A stretch of DNA of 61,379 nucleotides, the filler included, from an uncultured Myxococcia bacterium (GTDB taxonomy: Bacteria > CAZTWC01), in assembly GCA_964617105.1 (NCBI GenBank). It is 5 parts of 5 records of this genome, joined end to end, with 100 filler letters (N's around TTAATTAATTAA, not from the genome) between each part and the next. Parts side by side here need not be neighbours in the genome. Positions count along the whole stretch, not along the records: positions 49,377 to 61,379 come from CAZTWC010000099.1; 4 more parts are not named here. One strand, written 5' to 3'. The stretch's first letter is position 1; each line of letters starts with the position of its first letter. Below are positions 51,082 to 58,967 of this stretch, in pieces. Both the position numbers and the translations under genes were made by a program. Below the pieces are notes generated by a model. The model was not told where the DNA came from and searched no databases. It saw nothing but the letters and a program-made list of their open reading frames with translations.

Positions 51082-52131
51082 CTAAAAAATAGTCTCTGTA
51101 GATACGGTAGCAGTAGAAGTCAATTCACTGTGAGCCGCCCGGTGCTGAAAGAGATTGGCAATCACGTTCTTACTGCCATTGGATCGGCACAGGGGAAAAT
51201 AAATGCACGGTTTGTTGTATCGGAAGCAGAAGTCGGTATTCCGGTACCAGAGATCATCCCGGCGGGCCGAAAGGAGCCGCTGGGTCACCTGCCACAGGTC
51301 TGATAATGTTGCCTCGATATCGTCGGGGGAGATGAACAGGATCTCTCGGTGGAACAGTTGCCCATCCTCGTATTTGGCCATAAGCCGCTTCTGGAAATCT
51401 TTATCACTCTCCGGTATTTTGCGTTTAGCAGAGGTCTTGCCGGTCTTGGATTTGGCAATCAGTTCCGCCCGCCGCGCCTGGTATTGCTCTTTGGTCTCAC
51501 CCTGGTTTTGCCGCAACATGGCCTTCTGCACCACGTTGTAAATTACGCCAGAGATGGGGATGTTTAATTCCTGAGAGATATAGTGACAGTAAAGGTGGAT
51601 CTGTTTATCCAGCGGCAGCCTCTCGAGATAGTCACCGGAAATTGCGCTGGCACTCTTGTGCTCCAGTAGGAAGTACTCACCAGTGGATTTGTCCTGGATC
51701 ACGCCATCCACCTTGCCGGCCATCTGGAAACTTCGGGATCTGCACCCGGTGGCGGGATTGATAATAGGCCCAGAGAACTCCCGCTCAATTGCAACTACAT
51801 TAAAATTTTCCCGGGGATAGTGGCGGACATAGGCTTTGAACATGGCTCCCACCAGGTGCCAACGCCGCTTCTGTTCCAGGTCGAAAAAGCGATCAGAAAA
51901 ATGGTTATCTATTTCCTTTATAATAGAAGCGATAGCAGCAGCGTCCCGCGGCTTGCCGGCCATATCCAGTTTGTAGAGGCTCTCCAACGCACTATGGAAA
52001 GCATGGCCGATCGATAAACTGCCATCCGATTCAATTGGCACCAACTCCAGGACATACCGCCAGTGATATTTACGCGGACAGTTTAAAAAGTCCCGGGCAC
52101 TGGAAAAGGTAAGTCTAGATCTGGTCATCAA
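51082..52131 (-). CDS. PD-(D/E)XK exonuclease, Cas4/AddB-like with 4-Cys Fe-S staple
   Basis: FLNCPRKY, GHAFH, ERE, GKVDG, EHKS, QIHLY, C-terminal CFRYNKPCIYFPLC. Confidence 0.87.
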   Translation of the reverse strand: MMTRSRLTFSSARDFLNCPRKYHWRYVLELVPIESDGSLSIGHAFHSALESLYKLDMAGKPRDAAAIASIIKEIDNHFSDRFFDLEQKRRWHLVGAMFKAYVRHYPRENFNVVAIEREFSGPIINPATGCRSRSFQMAGKVDGVIQDKSTGEYFLLEHKSASAISGDYLERLPLDKQIHLYCHYISQELNIPISGVIYNVVQKAMLRQNQGETKEQYQARRAELIAKSKTGKTSAKRKIPESDKDFQKRLMAKYEDGQLFHREILFISPDDIEATLSDLWQVTQRLLSARRDDLWYRNTDFCFRYNKPCIYFPLCRSNGSKNVIANLFQHRAAHSELTSTATVSTETIF

Positions 52132-52459
52132 GGCTATCCTCCTTTATTTTACTGTTAGTCTCTTTGCTATCAGTTTCCTTGCTGTCAGGATTTTCTACCA
52201 GGTGAGCCGCCCGCAGCAGGTAGTGGGCCGCCTCCCGCAACTCCTCGGCCAGGTTAACTGGAGCGATCCTGGCCACCCGGATATCATCCCTATCCCACCA
52301 GATCACCCGGCTCAGTTTGCCCAGGCCAAAAGCAATGCAAAAAACCGGACTCTTCCAGGGATAGTCCATCCCCATGATGCGGGCCTGGCGGAAAGACTCA
52401 CTCTCGGCAAAGAGCATTTTTTTAATTTGATCGTCCATAGAATTGTCTCCCCTACTCAT
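52115..52459 (-). CDS. Hypothetical protein
   Basis: ORF overlapping both neighbours in the leftward operon. Confidence 0.55.
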   Translation of the reverse strand: MSRGDNSMDDQIKKMLFAESESFRQARIMGMDYPWKSPVFCIAFGLGKLSRVIWWDRDDIRVARIAPVNLAEELREAAHYLLRAAHLVENPDSKETDSKETNSKIKEDSLDDQI

Positions 52460-52739
52460 TATTATTACCCCTCCATGTTCGGCTCACTTGAAAATTGTTC
52501 TCTGGGAATTGCCGTTGTAATAAATTTGTAAATATTCTGGCAATAGCCTTGCCAATATTTGTTGATGCATCCAGGGTTACCAACCTGCCCTGCTTTTCAA
52601 ATTTAATGGGGTTATCCAACTTCAACTGAGTCGCACCATGAATACCTTCGGCGCCAATTACCGCTAATAGCAGGGTCTCTTTTATCGCATTGACAGAAAG
52701 ACTTTTATCAAACTGATAGGTGTATATCTTGCTTTCCAT
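52452..52739 (-). CDS. Hypothetical protein, first gene of the leftward operon
   Basis: RBS (GAGGGAAG) upstream; 8-nt overlap with the next gene; LLAVIGAEGIHG motif. Confidence 0.7.
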   Translation of the reverse strand: MESKIYTYQFDKSLSVNAIKETLLLAVIGAEGIHGATQLKLDNPIKFEKQGRLVTLDASTNIGKAIARIFTNLLQRQFPENNFQVSRTWRGNNNE

Positions 52740-52784
52740 AAAACTTCCCTCATTAGAATTTGCCGCAATTTCTTTTGCTCTTAT

Positions 52785-52818
52785 TATCTAATACGCAAAG
52801 GAGTTCAAAACCGTCTAA
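52785..52818 (-). promoter_or_regulatory. Conserved bipartite motif, copy L (putative promoter for the element's sigma factor)
   Basis: Minus strand TTAGACGGTT-TTGAACTC-CTTTGCGTATTAGATA, 45 nt upstream of ATG 52739; matches copy R at 58110-58143. Confidence 0.7.
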
Positions 52819-52882
52819 ATTTTTTTCCAGAAATTTCCCAGAGTGTTAAAACCTTGATAACAGGACAAGATTAAATTATGCA

Positions 52883-52911
52883 TTGACAGAACATTTGTTC
52901 GGTATTAAAAT
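52883..52911 (+). promoter_or_regulatory. lexA promoter with an SOS box in the spacer
   Basis: TTGACA (52883-52888)-N17-TAAAAT (52906-52911); GAACATTTGTTC (GAAC-N4-GTTC) at 52889-52900. Confidence 0.85.
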
Positions 52912-52954
52912 TAGGCTTGAATTAACACCATTATTCTGATTGTTGGAGACAAAG

Positions 52955-53614
52955 ATGAAAAGAACAAAACTGGGCGAAGAGGAAGAGCAAACACTGACTG
53001 CTTCCCAGAAAAGAGTTTTCAATACCATTGTCGATCTTTACAAACAATATGGCATGGCCCCTACTGGACGGGAGATCAGCAAAGAACTGGACCTGAAACC
53101 AACCAGTGTCCACGAGCAATTGCTGCGTCTGGAGAGAAAGGGGTATATCAAGCGGAACAAAAATAAGGCCAGATCGATTCAAATATTAAAGACCATTCCC
53201 ATCGAGGCCAGCAGAGGCACTCTTGTTCCAGTGCCAATTATCGGTGAAATTGCTGCTGGTCAACCAATATTTGCCCACGAGAGATTTATCGGAGAGATAT
53301 TTGTTGATTCCCGGGCTGTTCCCAAGGGGAAGTTATTTGCTTTGAAGGTTAAAGGGGACAGCATGATCGGGGCTGGTATCAATCCCGGTGACCTGGTAGT
53401 GGTCAAGCAGCAGCCAGTAGCTGAAAAAGGGGAGCTCGTTGCCGCCCTGATGGGTGATGAAGCCACGGTAAAACGGCTGAAGATACTAACTGACAAGGTG
53501 ATCTTGCAACCGGAAAACCCTGCCCACGATCCAATTGATGTTACCGCCCGGGAAGATTTCCGCATCCTGGGCAAAGTGGTGACCTGGCTCTCACCGGGCG
53601 TGAGCCAGGATTAA
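52955..53614 (+). CDS. lexA: LexA-family transcriptional repressor
   Basis: wHTH (LTASQ...PTGREI...LERKGYI...ARSI), cleavage site IAAG, VKGDSM (Ser), TVKRL (Lys); ATG 52955 follows GGAG. Confidence 0.93.
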   Translation: MKRTKLGEEEEQTLTASQKRVFNTIVDLYKQYGMAPTGREISKELDLKPTSVHEQLLRLERKGYIKRNKNKARSIQILKTIPIEASRGTLVPVPIIGEIAAGQPIFAHERFIGEIFVDSRAVPKGKLFALKVKGDSMIGAGINPGDLVVVKQQPVAEKGELVAALMGDEATVKRLKILTDKVILQPENPAHDPIDVTAREDFRILGKVVTWLSPGVSQD

Positions 53615-53653
53615 CTTCTTTTTTTCAACCCCAGACTGCTAAGGAAGGGCGCC

Positions 53654-56455
53654 ATGGATATATCTGTTCTTAATTCAAGAGGTGTTGAGCGGGATTTGAT
53701 AGAGATATGGCAAGAAGCTGGAATTACAAAGTTGCTTCCCGTTCAAAAAAAGGCTGTATTAGAACATGGACTGCTCGATGGCAGGAATATCGTGGTATCT
53801 GCGCCAACCTCCTCTGGCAAAACTTTTATTGGCGAGATGGCCGCCTTGAGGATGGCGCTCCACAGAAGGACTTTTTACCTGGTTCCCCAAAAAGCCCTGG
53901 CCGAAGAAAAATACGAAGAATTTTGCTCCCGCTACCAGAAACTTGGTGTCAGAGTGGTTATCTCATCCCGGGACAGGAAAGAATTTGAAGAGCAAATATC
54001 GCTTCGCCAGTTTGATCTGGCCATTGTGGTTTTTGAGAAGATGCAGAGTTTGCTGGTCAGTGATCCAACCCTATTAAGGGATGCCGGCCTGGTAGTAATA
54101 GACGAATTGCAGATGATGGGTGATGAGGAGCGGGGGCCAAATCTTGAACTTTTGCTCACCAAAATACTACATAGTCCTGAGCGGCCCCAGGTAATTGGCC
54201 TTTCGGCCGTGCTTGACAGCGGAGAAGATATTGCCCGCTGGATGAATGCTGAGTTCTGCCGTATAACCAGGCGGCCAGTTGAATTGCGCAAAGGGATATT
54301 GCTTGATGGCACTTTTAGATACATTGAGCACAACAGTAAAAAAGAGGGTTCGGTTAATATGGCCCCAGTCTCAACTGGTATGGACGCCTATGATATTATT
54401 GTTCGCCAGGCCAGGATATTTGCCCGGGCTGGTGAGCAGAGCCTGGTATTTTTGCGGTCAAAGAAAAACTCTATCAAAATGGCCAACCGAATGGCCAAAT
54501 ATCCCCTTTCCCCTCTCAATGAAGGGATGCTGCAGGAGTTGTCGATTATTGAGGAGAGTTCCTTGAAAAGTCAACTTCGCAATTGCCTCAAATCAGGGGT
54601 GGCCTTTCACAATGCAGACCTTGATCGGCCCTTGCGGACCTTTGTGGAAAAACATTTTAAAAACGGCAATATCAAGGTGCTGTGCTCTACCACCACATTG
54701 GCCATGGGCCTTAATTTGCCCGCGCAAAATGTTTTAATCGATCCTGTGAAGTATGTCCTGGACAGAAAACTGAAACGCTGGTTTCCCCGCAACCTCGCTG
54801 CCGGCGAATTTGAAAACATTGGTGGCCGGGCCGGCCGCCTGGGCCTGAACCGCTATGGCAATGCCATCCTGGTGGCTACCAGTAAATTTGAGGCCAAACG
54901 ATTCTACCTGAACATCATCAAAGGAGAGCTGGAGGGGATAAAACCATCGCTTAGCAATAATGGGCTGGAAGGTCATGTGCTGAACCTGATTGCTTCGGGG
55001 ATATGCAGCACTATCCAAGAGTTGGAACAAACGCTAATCTGGTCATTCACCGGCATGCTCTATTGGCGTGGAAACGGCCGGGAAACAATTTTCAAAAAAA
55101 AATTACACTACGCTGTCAAACGATGTCTGGATGGTGGGCTAATCAATGTTGACCACCAAAGTTTTGTTCCCACCGATATTGGATACGCCGCCGCGGTGCA
55201 CGGAATATCAATAAACTCGGCAATTGGGCTGGAAGATATCGCCACTGCCAATACTGAAGTTGCTCAATCGGTTTCTACCCTGGAAATACTACTATGGTTA
55301 TGCCAATGCGAGGATGGAAGCCGCATGCCAGTATCACTGTCAAAAAAGGAAATCTCCCGTAAAAACTATCTGCAAATGCTCCAGGGTTTATATGATGTTA
55401 TAAATCCCGAGTCAGCCAGACGGATTAATCAGCGATATCCAGTCAGGCGGCTGTTGACTTACAACGACCACAAGGCAATAAAAAAGGCTATGCTCCTTTG
55501 CGGATGGATGCGAGGTGAAGATATCCGCTCTCTGGAAACCAAATACAGCACCTACTCAGGGGCCATAGTGAATCTAGCCCAGCAGGTCTCCTGGTTGGCA
55601 GATGTATTTTGTGAAATCACCGACATTTGCGATTGGAACCAGGAACTAATCAGTGACAAGATGAAGAAATTGTCCCGCCGGCTCTTTTACGGCCTGCCTG
55701 AAAAATGCATCCCACTAACTCCTTTGACTACAGTTAAAGGGCTGGGCCGTATCCGTATCCAGGCTCTTGTAAACGCCGGGTTCGATAGCATAGAAAAAAT
55801 TGCTCAGGTAGAATCCTTTGACTTGGAGAGGTTCCTAACCAGACCCCTGGCTGAAAATCTGGTTGCTTTTACCCGGGATTTTGTAGGAGATGGATTTAGC
55901 AACACTAAAAAGGTAACAATAGACAAAGGAACCTCTATTGGCAGGAGTGAAAAGGTTCCGCCGAAGATAAAGGACTACACTGTTAGCCATCCCATTGAGC
56001 CGTCACCATCTCCAATGATATCTGAGCAAGATGAAAATTATGGCCAGCAGGTCAACAGTGGTTCAATCCAAAATGAAGTTCGCCTCGAGTTGGTGGGCAC
56101 GATTTGGAAAAACCGCTTTCTGGTCAAACTAAACGGTTCCAACCTCTGGTTTACTGGAGCCAATTTTATCAACTTGTTAAAATTTGCGGCCCAAAGATGC
56201 CTCTACTCTCCCGGCTGGGTAGATGCCGCCTCATTGACCAGTTCCGGCAATTACCACCAGGTGATCCGCCGGTTGCGCAAATCCTTTTCAAAGGACTATG
56301 CCCGTTTACTTATCGAAGGTGATGGCGCCAGGCGATACCGGTTGACAGTAAATCCCCAACAAATCATTTTTCATACCGAAACCATTCTATCCAGTTTGAA
56401 CCAGACCGGCATCAAACATCTTATCAGCGAAGTCATGGCAAAAATGTCAGCCTGA
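53654..56455 (+). CDS. Hel308/Ski2-like SF2 helicase with an extra C-terminal OmpR/PhoB-like winged-helix domain
   Basis: APTSSGKT, DELQ, GLSA, GVAFHNADL, STTTLAMGLNLPA, GRAGR, HhH VKGLGRIRIQAL; after a linker, ...VIRRLRKSF...LIEGDGARRYRL. Confidence 0.85.
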   Translation: MDISVLNSRGVERDLIEIWQEAGITKLLPVQKKAVLEHGLLDGRNIVVSAPTSSGKTFIGEMAALRMALHRRTFYLVPQKALAEEKYEEFCSRYQKLGVRVVISSRDRKEFEEQISLRQFDLAIVVFEKMQSLLVSDPTLLRDAGLVVIDELQMMGDEERGPNLELLLTKILHSPERPQVIGLSAVLDSGEDIARWMNAEFCRITRRPVELRKGILLDGTFRYIEHNSKKEGSVNMAPVSTGMDAYDIIVRQARIFARAGEQSLVFLRSKKNSIKMANRMAKYPLSPLNEGMLQELSIIEESSLKSQLRNCLKSGVAFHNADLDRPLRTFVEKHFKNGNIKVLCSTTTLAMGLNLPAQNVLIDPVKYVLDRKLKRWFPRNLAAGEFENIGGRAGRLGLNRYGNAILVATSKFEAKRFYLNIIKGELEGIKPSLSNNGLEGHVLNLIASGICSTIQELEQTLIWSFTGMLYWRGNGRETIFKKKLHYAVKRCLDGGLINVDHQSFVPTDIGYAAAVHGISINSAIGLEDIATANTEVAQSVSTLEILLWLCQCEDGSRMPVSLSKKEISRKNYLQMLQGLYDVINPESARRINQRYPVRRLLTYNDHKAIKKAMLLCGWMRGEDIRSLETKYSTYSGAIVNLAQQVSWLADVFCEITDICDWNQELISDKMKKLSRRLFYGLPEKCIPLTPLTTVKGLGRIRIQALVNAGFDSIEKIAQVESFDLERFLTRPLAENLVAFTRDFVGDGFSNTKKVTIDKGTSIGRSEKVPPKIKDYTVSHPIEPSPSPMISEQDENYGQQVNSGSIQNEVRLELVGTIWKNRFLVKLNGSNLWFTGANFINLLKFAAQRCLYSPGWVDAASLTSSGNYHQVIRRLRKSFSKDYARLLIEGDGARRYRLTVNPQQIIFHTETILSSLNQTGIKHLISEVMAKMSA

Positions 56456-56628
56456 ACCCTCCATCCGCATTGTTTATCATCAAATCAATTTTCCTTGAAC
56501 ATGGCGGCCGATTCTTCTAATTCGCTCCATCTCTACCACTTTAATCAAGAAGTTCACTAATCACAAAGAGACAAGTGAGCCTGCAGCGGATATATGCCAG
56601 GCCCTACAGCAATAAAAACTCCTTACTG

Positions 56629-56983
56629 AAACTTTGTTAGTACCTCGTTAGGTTGATTTGCCTGCCTTTGCGAAATTTTACATCGATCAATCTTTGATAT
56701 TACTGGCCGGTTAGTACTAACAAAGTTTATTTCCTTGCTGCTCACGGGAAATAGCGTCACCCTAACAATCCTAACAAAGTTTCTGGTTAGTACTTGTTAG
56801 ACCGAATAAGATATTTTCACATAACTCAAACCTTCAACTTGCATTGAGTGAAAGTCAGAGTTTTTTCTAGCTGACGACCCTCCTCCCAAGCATTTTGCCC
56901 CCTTTTTATCTCTTTGTAATCATTGCCAAAATACTGACCACAACAATTGTTAGTCCCTTTGTTAGTACGCGGTTATTCCTAAC
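56629..56983. repeat. Array of 11 GTTAG/CTAAC boxes
   Basis: GTTAG at 56636, 56647, 56710, 56786, 56796, 56949, 56961; CTAAC at 56717, 56762, 56771, 56979; 15-bp inverted repeat 56629-56643/56714-56728. Confidence 0.85.
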
Positions 56984-57055
56984 AATGATTTTTGTTTATA
57001 CCATTTTTTCAGACAGAAGAGGTTAACGGCAAATTCCAATTTAGAGGAGAAGAAA

Positions 57056-57391
57056 ATGGACGGTTCAAAAAAGGAGATAAACATTCAGGATATTCCTGAT
57101 AACTGGCAAAGACTTTTTATTGGTATGCAGCGAATCAACTTTGGCCGCATCGAAGGTCTGGAGATCAAGGGAGGGGAACCGCTATTTGAGCCCCCGCCAA
57201 TAGTTAAAGAGGACTTGGCCCTGGAAAAAGAGGAGTTTACCAGTCACCACCATAACTCAACCGGTTTTGTCTTGAAAAAAATGCAACGCCGCCTGTGGGA
57301 GTGGTGCCAGCAGGCAGGAGATATTACTATTGAAAAAATAACCGTAGCCAATGGCATGCCCATGCATGTCACCATTTGGCGCTCTTTATAA
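57056..57391 (+). CDS. Hypothetical protein preceding the sigma gene
   Basis: Good RBS (GAGGAG); MQRINFGRIEGLEIKGGEP motif. Confidence 0.75.
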   Translation: MDGSKKEINIQDIPDNWQRLFIGMQRINFGRIEGLEIKGGEPLFEPPPIVKEDLALEKEEFTSHHHNSTGFVLKKMQRRLWEWCQQAGDITIEKITVANGMPMHVTIWRSL

Positions 57392-57397
57392 ACAATC

Positions 57398-57591
57398 GCG
57401 GGCTGGAGGTAATCCTGTAAAGGAGCCGCCGCCTGCACAAAAAATTTTATCAACACCAGACAACGGCTGGCTCGAAAAACGGGAGGTCGCTGTGGGTGTC
57501 GCTTGAAAAAGTGCACTTGCAGGACTCCCTATTTTTTTGAGCGGCATCTTCAGCAGTCTTCCGCAGGGCCTGGCCCAACGGAGGACTCGAG
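57398..57591 (+). ncRNA. Putative structured cis-regulatory leader of the sigma gene
   Basis: GTAA-tetraloop hairpin (57413-57424) inside a GCGGGC/GCCTGC stem; long G-U-rich stem 57482-57510/57533-57562; anti-SD AGTCTTCCG complementary to CGGAGGACT. Confidence 0.55.
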
Positions 57592-58113
57592 ATGTCGCGA
57601 AACAACTACAAAGGGATTGATAGTGATATTGTAAAAATCGTAAGAGGTTATGTTAAAAACGTCATAGAAAAAAGATTCTTCCCAGAACATTTTCAAGATG
57701 ATCTAGAGCAAGAATGTATATTTGCAGTTATGGCCAAATTTAAAAAATTTAACCCAAAGGTCGGCTCGAGGAGTTTTTTTATCCGTATGGTGACAAAAAA
57801 TACTGTCATATCTGTTTGGCGTAAAGAAATCTCTTTAAAACAAGGAGCAAAAAATAGACTTATCTCCCTTAACCAGAATTTTGCCAATAGTTCTGAATGC
57901 TTGCTGGATGCCATGCCAGGCAAGGATATTTCTACTCTTTTTCAACTAGAACTCGAAGAAATTCTGCAAAATATTCCCCTTCAAGCATTGGAGGTGATCC
58001 AACTTTCAGTTGATGGTTTTTCCAAGGAAGAGATCGCTAAACGAGTTGGAGTGTCGAGGGCGACTGTATTTAATCGCCTGAAACTCGCCAGGAATTTAAT
58101 AAAAAATAATTAG
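57592..58113 (+). CDS. ECF-like sigma-70 family factor
   Basis: Region 2-like DDLEQE...KFNPKVGSRSFFIRMVTKN and region 4 HTH SKEEIAKRVGVSRATVFNRL; 173 aa; GGAGG RBS. Confidence 0.82.
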   Translation: MSRNNYKGIDSDIVKIVRGYVKNVIEKRFFPEHFQDDLEQECIFAVMAKFKKFNPKVGSRSFFIRMVTKNTVISVWRKEISLKQGAKNRLISLNQNFANSSECLLDAMPGKDISTLFQLELEEILQNIPLQALEVIQLSVDGFSKEEIAKRVGVSRATVFNRLKLARNLIKNN

Positions 58114-58143
58114 ACGGTTCTAGTCTGCTTTGCGTATTAGATA
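58110..58143 (+). promoter_or_regulatory. Conserved bipartite motif, copy R (putative promoter for the element's sigma factor)
   Basis: TTAGACGGTT-CTAGTCTG-CTTTGCGTATTAGATA, overlapping the sigma stop codon, 32 nt upstream of ORF 58176. Confidence 0.7.
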
Positions 58144-58175
58144 GTAGAGGAATATTTTTTTTATAGGGGAAAAAA

Positions 58176-58382
58176 TTGAAAAAGATAGATCAGACTGATT
58201 GTCGAACACTGGAAGAAATCGCCGCTATCCTCGCCAGCGGCTACCTGCGCCTGCTGGCCAAACAAAACCAAAAAATTGTCATTGATCAGCATCCCATACC
58301 GGATTCTAATAAAAACCCGATGTCAACCCAGAAACAACTTGATTCCCCGGAGATGCGGAGCAATGGTCACAGAGCCGGTTAA
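58176..58382 (+). CDS. Small hypothetical protein upstream of DUF2924
   Basis: LEEIAAILASGYLRL helix; first gene of the rightward operon. Confidence 0.6.
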   Translation: MKKIDQTDCRTLEEIAAILASGYLRLLAKQNQKIVIDQHPIPDSNKNPMSTQKQLDSPEMRSNGHRAG

Positions 58383-58416
58383 CTGGCAACAGCAATTGTA
58401 AATTAGGGAGAAATTA

Positions 58417-58956
58417 ATGGCGTCATCACTCGCATTAGTAAAACAAATAGAGGATCTAAAAACCATGACCGCCCGGGAACTGCGCCAAGAGTATATAAAG
58501 GTATTTGGCGAGGAGTCACGGTCTAACCACCGGGAGTTTCTCTGGCGCCGGATAGCCTGGCGACTCCAGGAACTCACCCATGGTGGTTTGTCACAAAGGG
58601 CAAAACTCCGGGCCGGTGAGTTGGCAAACGAGGCAGATCTCCGTATTACGCCTCCGGAGGGTACATTTGAGACTGAAGTCAATGGAAAAAATCAAGGCCA
58701 TCACCATCACAACAACTACAACCAGAGCCCTGCCAAAACCAGCCTGTCCGGTTTGGACCCCAGGTTACCGGCAGTAGGAACAGTGTTAACCCGACACTAC
58801 AAAGGAAAGGTAATAGTAGTGAAAATATTGGATAAGGGATTCGAGTTCGAGGAGCAGGAATACCGCTCCCTGTCCACTGTAGCCAAGGTCGCCACCGGTG
58901 TCAGTTGGAATGGGTACAAGTTTTTTAACCTGCAAAAAAGAGATAAAAGAGACTAA
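58417..58956 (+). CDS. DUF2924 domain protein
   Basis: IAWRLQE..GGLS, PAVGTVLTRHYKG, YRSLSTVAKVATGVSWNGYKFF. Confidence 0.88.
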   Translation: MASSLALVKQIEDLKTMTARELRQEYIKVFGEESRSNHREFLWRRIAWRLQELTHGGLSQRAKLRAGELANEADLRITPPEGTFETEVNGKNQGHHHHNNYNQSPAKTSLSGLDPRLPAVGTVLTRHYKGKVIVVKILDKGFEFEEQEYRSLSTVAKVATGVSWNGYKFFNLQKRDKRD

Positions 58957-58967
58957 GAAATATTTTG

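Noticed and set aside
51082-52131. Cas4 / CRISPR system
   Set aside because: No cas1/cas2 or repeat-spacer array; the context (AAA_24, DUF669) is that of a phage-type recombination exonuclease.
53654-56455. Hachiman (HamB) or similar Ski2-helicase defence system
   Set aside because: No HamA-like nuclease partner is adjacent; the upstream gene is lexA and the protein has a Hel308-type HhH plus wHTH tail. A defence role is not excluded but is unsupported.
56629-56983. CRISPR array in the repeat-rich intergenic region
   Set aside because: The repeats are 5-15 bp, in both orientations and irregularly spaced, with no constant repeat-spacer period.
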